49,654 bases of DNA from Octopus bimaculoides (Eukaryota). The notes below the pieces were generated by a model. It ran no database searches. It saw only the letters and a program-made list of their open reading frames with translations, and was not told the origin of the DNA. The translations under genes and the position numbers were made by a program. Where the stretch lies: assembly GCF_001194135.2 (NCBI RefSeq), contig NC_068981.1, positions 198,081,981-198,131,634 of the forward strand, given 5' to 3'. This document shows, piece after piece, positions 1 through 12,629 of the stretch (position 1 is its first letter; each line of letters opens with the position of its first letter).

Positions 1-72
1 GAGGAATGAACTTCCGGTGGAGGGGGTGGGATGACAGAGGAATGAACTTCCGGTGGAGGGGGTGGGATGACA
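1..72. repeat. 36-bp tandem repeat, 2 copies (may extend beyond the window edge)
   Basis: gaggaatgaacttccggtggagggggtgggatgaca at 1 and 37. Confidence 0.9.
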
Positions 73-664
73 GTATCTGCATCTTGGGTATTTCGTCGTA
101 GTACGTCAGCGAGATAATTTAGAATGGGTTTCTCATTTATATATGGCGAGAATAAAATATTACCCAACAATGAAGTTACATGAGAAGCATACGCATATGT
201 ACATTGCGTGCACACACACTCACAGCAGGCTTCCACACAATTTTTAACTAGCAAATTCCACTGACAAGGCATTGGTCCTCTTCAAGACACAGTGGAATCA
301 AACCAAAAGCCAAAGTGAACTTCTTAACCATACAGCTATCAAAATTAACGAGAAATCAAATTAAAGTCATTATGCCAGCATAATGTTAAACAATGATGAT
401 GGTGATGATATGTTGTGTACTTTTATCCGTCTAGATCAGGAGATGGCAAACATCTTATATCATTGACTGCTGCCCACCCTGCTTCATAACCTTTCAACCC
501 CTACCTCCACCCTATCACTTAAATTTTTAAAATGTAATTCATAAGATTTTACTTTTGACCCCTTAGATAACCCCAATTGATCCCCATACTGTTGACCCCT
601 GTTCTAGTATCTTCAACCAATTATTTGTATTTTCAATCATTTATTTCAAAAATTAATTACATAC

Positions 665-797
665 TTTTGCATATTCTTATTGTCTTCTTGCAGCACACGA
701 TATTGGTTTTCAATGAGAGTTCGTTGGTTCTTTTCCTTTTTCAGTCTTTGACGACAATCATAGATGTACTGCTGGAGTTTGGCAGCAGATGTCGGGT
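665..797 (-). CDS. ANKRD26: Exon n: start of the coiled coil (D)PTSAAKLQQYIYDCRQRLKKEKNQRTLIENQYRVLQEDNKNMQ
   Basis: Acceptor cttttctcgttttaacag, donor CAAAA|GTATGT, 133 nt, phase 1-2. Heptad-like composition; the gene continues left of the window. Confidence 0.85.
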
Positions 798-847
798 CTG
801 TTAAAACGAGAAAAGACAAATAACAAGACGACATCGAGAGTTCAACT

Positions 848-1152
848 TCACGGAGGCAAATGAGCGAGACCCTTTGGCGTTACATCGTGCTTGAGAAGAA
901 GTAAAACCCATCAAGCCAAGTAAAATCACAATCACAGCAGATACTGGTGTCACACAAATGGCACCTGCGCCGGTGGCACATGAAAGCACCCATTACACTC
1001 TCAGAGTGGTTGGTGTTAGGAAGGACATTCAGCCATAGAAGACCATGCCAAATCAGACTGGGGTCTGGTGCAGCCTTCCAGCTTGCAAGCTCTGGTCAAA
1101 TCGTCCAACCCATACCAGCATGGACAATGGACATTAAATGATGACGATGACG
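848..1152 (+). mobile_element. RTE LINE 3' UTR fragment ending in an (ATG)n tail
   Basis: Shares gtggttggtgttaggaagg...caacccat..cagcatgga..gacattaaatgatg with the UTR that follows ORF2 at 25250-25772. Similar copies at about 2110-2250(+), 2440-2735(-), 5600-5855(+), 14145-14425(-), 16335-16965(-), 19040-19418(+), 37680-37950, 41100-41420(-) and 46420-46960(-). Confidence 0.8.
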
Positions 1153-1489
1153 TTTGTCTTCAAAGAGAAGCAACCACTTCTTTCACATTGATACAAAACC
1201 ACAATGCAGTGCATTGTTGATTACCTGAACCCCAATACATTACAGGTACTTACGTTGATGAACCGCAGAAAGAAAAACAACAAGGTTGACTTGGCCATGT
1301 TTTGAACCCTAAACACTAAAATAATGAAATGAAATATCATTGGTCTGTCAAAGCAGCCTCCTACCCCAACCCTTTTCATCCCAAATAACAAGGGTGTCCA
1401 ACAGAGACACAAACTTGTGTAGGAAACAAGTAACCCTTTCTATGAATCCCGCAAAACTGGAATGAGATTTATTTTATCAACCCTAAAAT

Positions 1490-1720
1490 ACTGGTTTCGA
1501 ATTTTGACACAAGGCCAGCAATTTCAGGGGGGAGGCGAGGAGGGAGGGTTAAGTTGATTGCATTGATCCCAGTAATCTACTGGTACTTATTTTACTGACC
1601 CCCAAATGGATGACAGGCAAAGTGACCATGGCAGAATTTGAACTCAGAATGTAAAGACGGACAAAATGTCGCTAATTATTTTGCCCAGTGTGCTAACGAT
1701 TCTGCCAGCTCTCTGGCTTA
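1490..1720 (-). mobile_element. tRNA-derived SINE with a ...tttcatcc..ggggtcgataaaataagtaccag core (MetaSINE-like)
   Basis: tRNA-like head plus conserved core. Related copies at about 3085-3290(-), 3325-3525(-), 20290-20470(-), 26850-26980(+), 29985-30195(-), 39650-39860(-) and 43670-43860(+). The family name is from memory. Confidence 0.7.
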
Positions 1721-2734
1721 ATCAGCCCTAGAATAACAAATGAGAAAGTTGGCCTCAGAGTTGAACTCACAATGCAAAGCTATGCAACTAAATAATACAA
1801 ACAACTCTGTCGATTATTCCATCAACCACTACCACTGCTCAGTCACTTCATTCACCGTTCTTCTAAACACAGCCTTACTCCTCCTCATCCTCATCAACAT
1901 CCATTTTTCCATGACCATATCGGTCAGAGAGAATTTGTTGAGGCAGATTTTCCATGTCTGGATGCCCTTCCTGTCACTAACCCTCATCTATTTCTCAGCA
2001 AGGTAATGTCTCCCCATACCTGGACAGACAACTTTTACACAGCAGACTGGACACAAGCAACACCACTTGTATGACGGAGATGTTCATTTACAACCACCAC
2101 ATGGCATCTAGACAACACACACACACACATAAAGGGATTGGCATTAGGAAGGGCATCCAGCCATAAAAACCAAAGCAGACAATTGGAGCCTGGTGCAGCT
2201 CTCCTGCCTTGCCAGCTCCTGCCAGCATAGAAAATAGACGTTAAATGATGATGATATATATATATATTTATATACATTGGGCTTCTTTTAGTTTCCTTGT
2301 ACTAAATCTACTCAAAAGGATTTTATTGACCCTCAAGACTAATAGAAGACACTTGTGTAAGGTCTCACACATTGGGACTGAACCTGAAATCATGTGATTG
2401 CAAGCCAAGCTTCTCAACCACATGCCCACTCCTGTATCATCATCATCATCATTATCATCATCGTTTGACGTCCGCTTTCCATGCTAGCATGGGTTGGACG
2501 ATTTGACTGAGGACTGGTGAAACCGGATGGCAACACCAGGCTCCAATCTAATTTGGCAGAGTTTCTACAGCTGGATGCCCTTCCTAACGCCAACCACTCA
2601 GAGAGTGTAGTGGGTGCTTTTACGTGTCACCTGCACGAAGGCCAGTCAGGCGATACTGGCAACAGCCACGCTCGAAATGGTGTCTTTTATGTGCCACCCA
2701 CACAAGCCAGTCCAGGGGCAATGGCAACGATCTC

Positions 2735-3090
2735 GCTCGCCCCGGTGACCAGAGGATCATTGTGGAAGAAGAAAAAAAAGTAAACAACTATGACGATCTG
2801 AAGAGGGGAACATGAACGTTGTGGTCAATGAAGAAAGTAGACATGACACCAATAGCAATTGGTGCTGCTGGAAGTATCAGCATTCAACTACCAGCATGGC
2901 TGAAAAAGATTGGAGCAAGTGTGAAGGGTGAACACCTACAAAAGTCAGCATTGCTTGGGACTTCTATTATTTGCAGGGTTTTTGAAGCATGGCCAGTAAA
3001 CAAGTGTCCCCTTAGTCTGCTGGTTGTGGACAGATGACACTTTCCATTTCCCCAGCAAAATAAGCTGTGAATTTTCATATAATAATAATC
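2735..3090 (+). mobile_element. 3' end of a restriction-like-endonuclease LINE (R4/Dong-like), degraded
   Basis: Translates across frameshifts to PGDQRIIVEEEKKVNNYDDLKR / LWSMKKVDMTPIAIGAAGSI...LQKSALLGTSII, then a (TAA)n tail. Confidence 0.75.
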
Positions 3091-3596
3091 CTTTCTACTA
3101 AAGGCACAAGACCTGAAATTTGTGGGGAGGGGACTAGTTGATTACACTGACCCCAGTGTTTCACTGGTACTAAATTTATCGACCCCAAAAGGATGAAAAG
3201 CAAAGTCAATCTCAGAACATAGCAGTGGATGAAATACTGCTAAGCATCTCCCCCAGCATGCTAATGAGTATGCCAGCTCACCACCTTAATAATAGATAAT
3301 AATGATAATAGATAATAATGATAATAGTTTCAAATTTTGCCACAAGGGCAGCAATTTTTGGGGAGGGGGATGAGTTGATTACATTGACCCCAGTGTGCAA
3401 CTTAATTTATCGACCCCACAAAATGATGAAAGGTGAAGTTGACCTCAGAACATAGCAGGGAGCGAAATACCGCTAAGCATTTCACCCAGCATGCTAACAA
3501 TTCTGCCAGCTCACCACCTGAATAATAATAATAATAATAATAATGAAGTATAACATTGTAACCATTCAATCAATTATGAAAGCAAGAATTTCCTAC

Positions 3597-3763
3597 CATT
3601 TAGGTTGAGGTTCATCAAGACATCTTTCTCGTAATTCACTGTTGAGAGATTATTCTCTGTCTCAAATGAAGTCACGGACAACATGTCATCGTCTTTTAAA
3701 ACATCGGAACTATCCAGAAAACCAAAACCAGCAAAATCTTCCAACACAGTTTCTGTGGGTTTC
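3597..3763 (-). CDS. ANKRD26: Exon m: KPTETVLEDFAGFGFLDSSDVLKDDDMLSVTSFETEN...DVLMNLNLN
   Basis: Acceptor gtttgaattgtag, donor AATG|GTAGGA, 167 nt, phase 2-1. DDDMLSVTSFETE resembles ANKRD26 DDVDDLTQSSETA. Confidence 0.85.
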
Positions 3764-4809
3764 CTACAATTCAAACAAAATTTCACTGAGATAAATTTTA
3801 TTTCAAAGATGAAAAAATTTCAAATATTTCAGCATTTTTATTCCCTCGTTCTCCCTTCATAAATGCTGAATGAGGTTGACATTCCCAGATACCTTTTCTA
3901 CTCTAGGCACAAGGCCCAAAATTTTGTGGGAGGAGGCCAGTCGATTAGATCAACCCCAGTAATAACAATGTATTCCTTTTCTACAACATTCCCAGACACC
4001 ATAACATTAAGAGGATCAGACACAAATCGCTCCTGGTTAAGACACTGCTCAATTATGAGTAACTTTCCCCAAAAATAACATAATTATTCTAATTATATCT
4101 TTGGCACAGAAATATAAATATCTAAGACAGTATTTGAACTCTCTAATACCTGAAGTCAATATCAGCATTTCTGCGTATTTCATTTATGAAATGCTGATGT
4201 TTAAGAAATGAAATTATTTTTAATTTCATAGCACTTCTGAAGATTCTTATAAAAAATTTTCTGAATGATTAAGCAATATAAACAACAGAAATAACAAATC
4301 TGTCAAACATACAACCCACAGCATGGCCGCTGGTTCAATTTTATAAAAAAGAAAAATTATTATTTAATTTTGAAATATTCAGTAAAATAATTAGTGCAAT
4401 CATCCATTCAGAGTGGGAACCTGACTAAAATCATAATTAATACTGGTTTCATTGAGATAATTAGTGTAACTTAGAGGAATCTTTTGTTATCTCAACCAAT
4501 GAAAAGATATTTCTTAATCCTTATCCTATAATATGAGACCTATTTCCCCTTCACTTTGCTTATACATACCAAGCTAAATGGAAGTTTTATTTGTTTCTTC
4601 ATATTCACATATTATGTTCAACTGAATAGATTCTAACATGTGACCAATATTGAAAAGTTTTGCAGCTGAACCAGTGCAAACTTCCTAACAAACATTGGTC
4701 TTCTCAAGAATTGTTTGCATTCTGCTGGACAATTTCTACCTACCTTCTCACTCTGGGCTCTTACTTAGCAAGGCTGTAACTTTCGTGACCTGGTCCAATA
4801 TATGCAGAG

Positions 4810-5200
4810 AGGGTCAAAGGAAGAAAGTTAGCCTAAGCGAGATGCAGTTAGGTTTTGTGCCAGGAACAAGCACTACTGTACAGTAACTGCAAAAGTATTT
4901 GGTCAAAAATAAAGCCGTGTATTTGGCTCTTTTTTTTTTTACATAGAGAAAACCCTTGGTGGGGTCCCTTACTCCTTTATCTGATAAGCAATGCAGAAGC
5001 TAAAGATAGATGAGTGGCCAGTGAGAGCAGCAACAGCCATGTTCAGGGAGGCTGTCTGTAAGGTTGGCAATACGTATAGCAATGAATTTAGTGTACAAGT
5101 GGGAGCTCTCCAAGGACTGTTTCTCAACCACTTCTTGGTTGTCCTCCAGACCATAACAGAAGAATTTCAGACTGGCTGCTCTTGAGAGCTCCTCTAAGTT
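4810..5200 (+). mobile_element. RTE LINE reverse transcriptase fragment
   Basis: EMQLGFVPGTST, KLKIDEWPVRA and FSVQVGALQG motifs with stops and frameshifts. Confidence 0.75.
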
Positions 5201-5823
5201 GATGACTTATGGCTGGGTGCCCTTCCTAACATCAACCACTCCATAGAGTGGCACCAGCACAAGTAAGATGAGTTTTGGCATGGTTTTACAGCTGGATGTC
5301 CTTCCAAATGTCAACCACTTTACAGTGTGGACTAGATGCTTTTTAAGTGGCACCAGCACTGACAGGGTCACCAAGTATCTTGCAAAACAAGAATCTATGC
5401 TCTATTTTTAGCATAAAAACATCAATTTTGTCCAACAATGGCCAGCTTGGTCATTTTGGTCTTGAAAGGTATGGGGAGTGGGGGGTTGATTTGCTGTACT
5501 TGAGAAGACACTTCAAGCTAAGTAAAACCATGGGGGTCCTTGCATACAGGCATGTCCCCTGGACCCTGCTTTAGCTCAATGATCCTAATCTTGTGGGCTC
5601 GTGGCTGCTGGTACCACATAAAAAGCACCAGTGCCAATGTCACGTACAAGTGCCTCATTCGGTGCCACATGAAAAGCACCCAGCACTCTCTGTAAAGTGG
5701 TTGGCATGTTAGGAAGGGCATCTAGCCACATAAACCATGTCAGAACAGACAATTAGAGCCTGGGAAGCTCTCTAGTTCCTCTCAAACCATCCAACCCATA
5801 CCGGCAAGAAAAACAGATGTTAA

Positions 5824-5856
<33 letters not shown>

Positions 5857-6614
5857 TGGATTCAGAGAATCATGTGGCTATGACAAAAAGCTCCTCTCAT
5901 GGTCTTGGCTATCAGACAACACAGCAATCCAATAGAGAAGTGTAATCCAGAGTGTCCATGCAGCTGAAGTCCAGAAGACACAATCAATGAAATTGCTTCA
6001 TGACGATTATTTAAACTATACAAAATCAGGAGGGTGAGTATGACAGGTGAATATATTTGTTTAACAACTTCAGTTGTAGCATTGGGGTAATCATGATGTT
6101 CTAATGATCTGATGAGCTAGCTTTCTTTATCTGCACTGGTTTGTGAATATATAACTGTATTGTATAATGCCAAGCTTACATCTTATTGCAAACAAGCAAA
6201 CAATAATTTATTACACACTGATCATCATCTGCTAATTACCTCCTCCAATGCCCCCTCCCTTCTCTTCAAAGCTGACTTTTTTTGTCTTGCAAGTACTTAA
6301 AAGTACCCAGTCCACACTATAAAGTGGTTGGTGCTAGGAAGGGCATCCAGCTGTAAAAATCCTGCCAAAACAGTCACAGAAGTCTGGTGCAGGCTTCTGC
6401 CTTATTGGCTCTTGTGAAACTGTCTCACCCATGCTAGCATGGAAAGCAGACATTATGATATTCTTACTACATGAAGTAGGTTGTGAAACGGCTGTAAGCC
6501 AAAGGATGTCAGGTGGTTAAATAAATATATTCACCTTTGGACTTTTCATGAATTATATGTATATATTTATGTGTGTGTGTTAAAAATATAAAAAAATAAG
6601 CTACATTGACTTAC

Positions 6615-6955
6615 TTTCCTTGAGGAATGGACTGTTGAATGTCTGCAGTCAGTTGAAGAGACGGTGCCGACAACATGGTAGACTCAATACCTTTTGATGT
6701 CTCATTTAATTTAGGTTCTTCCAAAGTCGTAACCAGTTTCATTTCTTCACTGTCTCCAAGACATTTATCTTTGGTTTCTACACTTCCTCCTGCTATACAG
6801 GTCTTTTTCTTTTCAATAGACAATGGTACTGCTGTACTTTCTAAAGATTCTTTCCGCATTTGAAACAATGTCTCTTCTGAGAGTTTTGCAACAACAGCAG
6901 CACTTGCAGCAGCATTTTTCATGTTGGCATCAACTTTATCTTCTGAAAATGGTTC
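6615..6955 (-). CDS. Exon l: EPFSEDKVDANMKNAAASAAVVAKLSEE...QQSIPQG(K)
   Basis: Acceptor aattttgatag (phase 0) or cattttcag giving a start at 6942 (phase 1); donor GGAAA|GTAAGT, phase 2. Confidence 0.8.
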
Positions 6956-7243
6956 CTATCAAAATTAGAGTAATTTTAATATTTCAGAATAAAAACTGTA
7001 TTCTAGAGAAGTTATTTGAAACAATATTTTTTAATAACTCATTTGTGTTCTTCAATTAATTTTTAATTATATCATAAAACTAGTTTTATATTATTTCATA
7101 CTATTTGTCAACCTCATTCCATTCTTCTGACACCAACATTACTTTCTACCCATTCACCTTGTACCACTTCTTCATTAGTGTGCATGTGTGTGTACATATA
7201 TACCCCAGCATGGCTACAGCCTTAGTACAGAAACGTATAAAGT

Positions 7244-7296
<53 letters not shown>

Positions 7297-7549
7297 CGGA
7301 AATAGCTTACACTACAACTCCTACAAAAATAACAGCTTCCTCTTTCATACATTATCCAAGAACAAGTGTGTTTGAAAAGATAACTGAAAGTGTTTACATA
7401 CACTAGAAAGAAACGTTTTCCAAAAAGGTTTTGATGTTCTGATAAAGAATTTATAACTTTTTTTAAAAAATTATTCTTAAAAAGTATCTTTTTTATATTT
7501 GATAAGACTATAGTTTTCACAAAGATCTTTAAATGTGTGTATATATCAT

Positions 7550-8420
7550 TGAACATCTGTTGTCCATGCTGGCATGGGTGGGACGGTTTGACAAGGGCTG
7601 GTAAGCTGAGGGGCAGCATCAGACTCCAGTCTGATTTGGCATGGTTTCTACGGCTGGATGCCTTCCCTAATGCCAACCACTCCAAGAGTGCAATGGGTGC
7701 TTTTACGTGCCTCTGGCCCAGGTGCCAGTTGTGCGACACCAGTATCAGCCACGGCTATGATTTCACTTGGCTTGATGGGTCTTTTCCTCAAGCACAGCCT
7801 ATTGCCAAAGGTTTCAGTCATTTGTCATTGCTTCCATGAGGCCCAAAGCTCAAAAGGTACTTTTTATGGGCCAGTTACACAACACAGGCATTGGATACAT
7901 TGCTTCCATCAGGCCCAAAGCTCAACAGCTGTTTTTTGTGTGCCAGATGCCTCAGTGAGACCCAATGCTCAAAAGATGCTTATTGCATACCACCAGCATG
8001 GGTGCCAGTCACATGACCCTGGCATCAGCCACAACTGTGATTTCACTTGGCTTGATGGGTCTTCTCAAGCACAGCATGTCACCAAAGGTCTCAGTCACTA
8101 GCCATTGCTTCTGTGAGACCCAACATTTGAAGTTCATGCTTCACCACTTCTTTTCATGACTTCTTCCACAGGTCCCAGCTGTCCTCATCCATATGCATCA
8201 CATGACCAGTGCAGTTGTCGCTCTTGCACACCACATCTGATGCCTCTTATGCCCAACTCTCAAGACATATACACTTTGTCATACATGCACACTGACACTG
8301 CACGTCCAGCGAAGCATACCAGCTTCATTTCTTTCAAGCCTACGCATGTCCTCAGTTGTCACAGCCCATGTTTCACTGCCATGTAGTATAGCTGTTTGCA
8401 CACAGGCATCAGACAGTCGA
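7550..8420 (-). mobile_element. RTE LINE ORF2 end plus 3' UTR
   Basis: TAILHGSETWAVTTEDMRRLERNEAGMLRW followed by the shared UTR. Confidence 0.8.
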
Positions 8421-8835
8421 CTATTCAGGAACAATAATGTGTGTGTGTATGTATATATATATAGTCTGTCATACCGGCCATGATGAAATACCACAAGGTA
8501 TAGAAAATATGAAATACCACAAGGTATAGAAAATACATATTCGCCTTTATATATTTATATATTTAATCCTTTATATTGAACACTCAATATTTCATCTATT
8601 CAATAAGACATATTCCATATATTCAATAAGACATTCAATACTTTATTTCATAGTACCATCCATTTTTATTTTATATTATATATTGTATATTCCATATTCT
8701 ATATCCCACATTGGTTCTGCAGGAATATAAATAAAACATAAAAAACAGACAGTGTTGGAACTCTTTTAAACAAAATAATATATTCCTCTATACACAATCA
8801 TACAAAACCCCCCTTTTTTTGTATTTATTTTTACT

Positions 8836-8878
<43 letters not shown>

Positions 8879-8879
<1 letters not shown>

Positions 8880-9255
8880 CTAGCTGTTGGACCCGGCATT
8901 GCTCGTGTTTTCCATGTTGAAGTTAAGCCCAGCTCTGACCGTGTATTGAAATCTCCTACATTCCCTGTGTCAACTATTACCCATTGATTTTGTTGAAATT
9001 TTACACATGAAAAAATGCAAAGACTGCAGGAAAAATAAGATCCTTGTGGAAATTTCCATTCAATCACCCAACTGAGTTCACAAAAATCGATGCCAACTGA
9101 GCATTATTGAGTTTTCGAAAACTTCTGGCCTTATTTGAACTTCAGGACATGTGATCTACCTATGTGCCAAAAATCATTAAAATCAGTTAGACAATGTGGG
9201 TGGAGTTAGAGTAATCCCAAACATACACACAGACAGACACCATTACACATTTATG
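8879..9255 (+). mobile_element. Helitron/Helentron-associated non-autonomous element (DINE/HINE-like)
   Basis: Begins ACTAGCTGTTGGACCCGGCATTGCTCG, has cctatgtgccaaaaatcat and an acagacagac tract near the 3' end, and sits between (TA)n runs. Confidence 0.55.
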
Positions 9256-9257
9256 TA

Positions 9258-9297
<40 letters not shown>

Positions 9298-10878
9298 GTA
9301 CTATGCTGTGACCAATACTTGCAGTCAGATTAGTCCTGGCTTCCAGACTAAACCTCAAAGACTAAATCCTTCTCAGCCGACATTCTCTACAGTGTCCAAA
9401 AATAATTCAAGAGATCCTATTACTGTTATCACTCTTGTTTGATTGTTTCAGATTTCAAACACCGCCAGAGGGAGTTTTTCTCTGCTAATTGCTTGAATAA
9501 TCTCAGTTAAAATCTTTAAACTATGTGAGACTTTACTGTATTTGAGTAAGTCTTATCAGTAAGACAAATCATAAATTTTGAGACCTAACAGCCTGAGCGA
9601 GGTCTTATTTATGAATTGTTGAATTTTGTATATAGTTCTTGGAAATTCTTATCTTTTTCATTCAAGACCAAAGGAATGGCCCCTGGCCCATTCGAAGGCC
9701 TCCAAGATGCCAAACACTTGTAACAAAGTAGGTTCCCCTCAAGGCATCCAGGGCCAAGTATTGGGGGATGTGCAACAAGATAAGGGATCAAATCTTTCAC
9801 CCAAGTTTTAGCCACAGGAATATCGTGGTACCATTTTTATGGTATGCAAAAGAATTCCACAAAGTTCGTAATTCTTACTATCAGAAAAGCAGAAGACCAA
9901 ACAGAGGCTGAGCTTACAAATGAAGATGCTTTTTGCTTCATTTCACCACTGTCTACCGACTTTCAACTCTTTGCAACCTGGGTTTTTTTTTTTTTTATTC
10001 TTTATCACCTGAGCTCCTTTATTTTGATGTACCCCAACTGGTCTCCTAGAAAACAAGGTAGGTAACATAAACTGATTCCCTGTTAGCAATACCCAGCTTC
10101 AATGTCGTATTCCTGGTCCATATTGACCAATTTTTTTTAATATCAGCGAGAGAGAAGTTAGTCTTCATAGAAGAAGTCTTAAATTCTTGTGTTGGTCTCA
10201 TGATAAATAACTCTGATTCATATTCTTAGACTGGACATGTCTCTAATCTCATTCAAAACTCGCACCTGGCCTTTTTACTTTGATCTTTCAGTCTATCATG
10301 ATTAATGACTAACAAACAAGATGGATGCCATGGAACATTGTTGGAAATGCTGAAAATTTTTACAAAATATTTTTAAAAATTAAGAAGGAATTTAATAGGA
10401 AAACAAATTCATAAATCAATCAATATTTAGAAATAGGTAACACTTGCCATTATTGATGATGATGATGATGATGAGGAGGAGGAGGAGGTGGAGGAGGATA
10501 ATGATGATGATGAGAACAATGATGTTGATGATTAGAAGGAGGAGGATGATGATAACAAGAGCAATGATGATGATGGTGATGATGATAGGATAATGGAGAT
10601 TTTTCTGTTTTTAGAATGTTCAAACATTTTTCCTTTTCAAAAATTACTGAAATAAACTTTACAATTCTGGATTTCCGTAGATGCAAGATCGATCGAGATT
10701 AAACCTGATCATCGTATGGAAGCCATATTTTACATTGCATTTATTGCTGATGCTTTAGCATTTTCAAACTGATGGGAAGAAATGAAAAAACTCCTCAAAC
10801 CATTTCTTTGTTATTAAAATCTTCTTCATTCCTGAGAAACTGAGGCAGCAAAAAGACCCCTGCTCCACCACCACCACC

Positions 10879-11845
10879 NNNNNNNNNNNNNNNNNNNNNN
10901 NNNNNNNNNNNNNNNNNNNNNNNNNNNNNNNNNNNNNNNNNNNNNNNNNNNNNNNNNNNNNNNNNNNNNNNNNNNNNNNNNNNNNNNNNNNNNNNNNNNN
11001 NNNNNNNNNNNNNNNNNNNNNNNNNNNNNNNNNNNNNNNNNNNNNNNNNNNNNNNNNNNNNNNNNNNNNNNNNNNNNNNNNNNNNNNNNNNNNNNNNNNN
11101 NNNNNNNNNNNNNNNNNNNNNNNNNNNNNNNNNNNNNNNNNNNNNNNNNNNNNNNNNNNNNNNNNNNNNNNNNNNNNNNNNNNNNNNNNNNNNNNNNNNN
11201 NNNNNNNNNNNNNNNNNNNNNNNNNNNNNNNNNNNNNNNNNNNNNNNNNNNNNNNNNNNNNNNNNNNNNNNNNNNNNNNNNNNNNNNNNNNNNNNNNNNN
11301 NNNNNNNNNNNNNNNNNNNNNNNNNNNNNNNNNNNNNNNNNNNNNNNNNNNNNNNNNNNNNNNNNNNNNNNNNNNNNNNNNNNNNNNNNNNNNNNNNNNN
11401 NNNNNNNNNNNNNNNNNNNNNNNNNNNNNNNNNNNNNNNNNNNNNNNNNNNNNNNNNNNNNNNNNNNNNNNNNNNNNNNNNNNNNNNNNNNNNNNNNNNN
11501 NNNNNNNNNNNNNNNNNNNNNNNNNNNNNNNNNNNNNNNNNNNNNNNNNNNNNNNNNNNNNNNNNNNNNNNNNNNNNNNNNNNNNNNNNNNNNNNNNNNN
11601 NNNNNNNNNNNNNNNNNNNNNNNNNNNNNNNNNNNNNNNNNNNNNNNNNNNNNNNNNNNNNNNNNNNNNNNNNNNNNNNNNNNNNNNNNNNNNNNNNNNN
11701 NNNNNNNNNNNNNNNNNNNNNNNNNNNNNNNNNNNNNNNNNNNNNNNNNNNNNNNNNNNNNNNNNNNNNNNNNNNNNNNNNNNNNNNNNNNNNNNNNNNN
11801 NNNNNNNNNNNNNNNNNNNNNNNNNNNNNNNNNNNNNNNNNNNNN
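10879..11845. other. Assembly gap
   Basis: Run of N. Other gaps: 24214-24669, 36130-36174, 38155-38224, 48313-48545. Confidence 1.
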
Positions 11846-11965
11846 AACCACACCCCAACAGCCAGTGTTCCCCAGGCTTGACTTCTGCACTTCTCGGCCA
11901 TCTCTTGGTATTTGGCATGCTTTCTCTCATGAACCTCTTCCAGATTGCAACCAATTCCTCTCAGC
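11846..11965 (-). mobile_element. HERO-like LINE restriction-like endonuclease fragment
   Basis: Frame reads NLEEVHERKHAKYQEMAEKCRSQAW, close to the recalled NLEEAHERKRAKYQELVEECRSQGW motif. Related 3' UTR pieces (tctgatgttgaaaga..aaacacc.aatgac) at about 13430-13590(-) and 30330-30560(-). Confidence 0.65.
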
Positions 11966-12171
11966 TCACCACCTGTTCAGGGTGGAGTCAGTGAACAAAA
12001 TGGATTACTAACAATCTATTCATTTACGTATGAATGTATTTGTAACACAAACAAAATTAAGTTTAGTGTATCATTGGCGTAGTAACAACTCTGCAGCCAA
12101 GGACTTCCCTTCATGACATCCTTACAAATGCTAGAAATATTCCTTCTAACTAAATATTTCCACTTTCCACA

Positions 12172-12321
12172 TACATATTACACCTGTATGGGGAAATGAC
12201 ATTAACTATACACATATTACACCTGTATAGGGAAATGACATTAACTATACACATATTACACCTGTATAGGGAAATGATATTATTTATATACATATTACAC
12301 CTGTATAGGGAAATGACGTTA

Positions 12322-12358
<37 letters not shown>

Positions 12359-12370
12359 AACACCTGTATA
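12172..12370. repeat. 39-bp minisatellite (about 4 copies plus a partial copy after a (TA)n run)
   Basis: cacctgtat starts at 12181, 12220, 12259, 12298 and 12361. Confidence 0.9.
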
Positions 12371-12434
12371 ACTTCATGACACTTCCTGCATACATGTTAT
12401 ACTTGCATAGACTGACGACACTACCTGTATATAC

Positions 12435-12629
12435 CTGTATAAGTTGATGAGAGCTTTCAGATAAAGTAACAACTAGCTCTGTCATGTGACTAGAAATAAC
12501 ACTCACAACACTGTCTTCTTCCTCGACAACATTGCCGTCTGAATCGGGTTCATATAAGTAGCTCTGACGTAGTTCACCCATAGATCTTGATAACTGAGAA
12601 TCTTTCACAAATAGGAAGCCCTCATTCAC
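12435..12629 (-). CDS. Exon k: VNEGFLFVKDSQLSRSMGELRQSYLYEPDSDG...HQLIQ
   Basis: Tandem TAGCAG acceptor (start 12632 or 12629). Donor CAG|GTATAT (phase 0) or an alternative at 12425, CAG|GTAGTG (phase 1). Confidence 0.75.

Noticed and set aside
10764-11954. Long ORFs spanning N runs (also 20821-22002, 24062-24760, 48121-48780)
   Set aside because: They are artefacts of assembly gaps translated as X.
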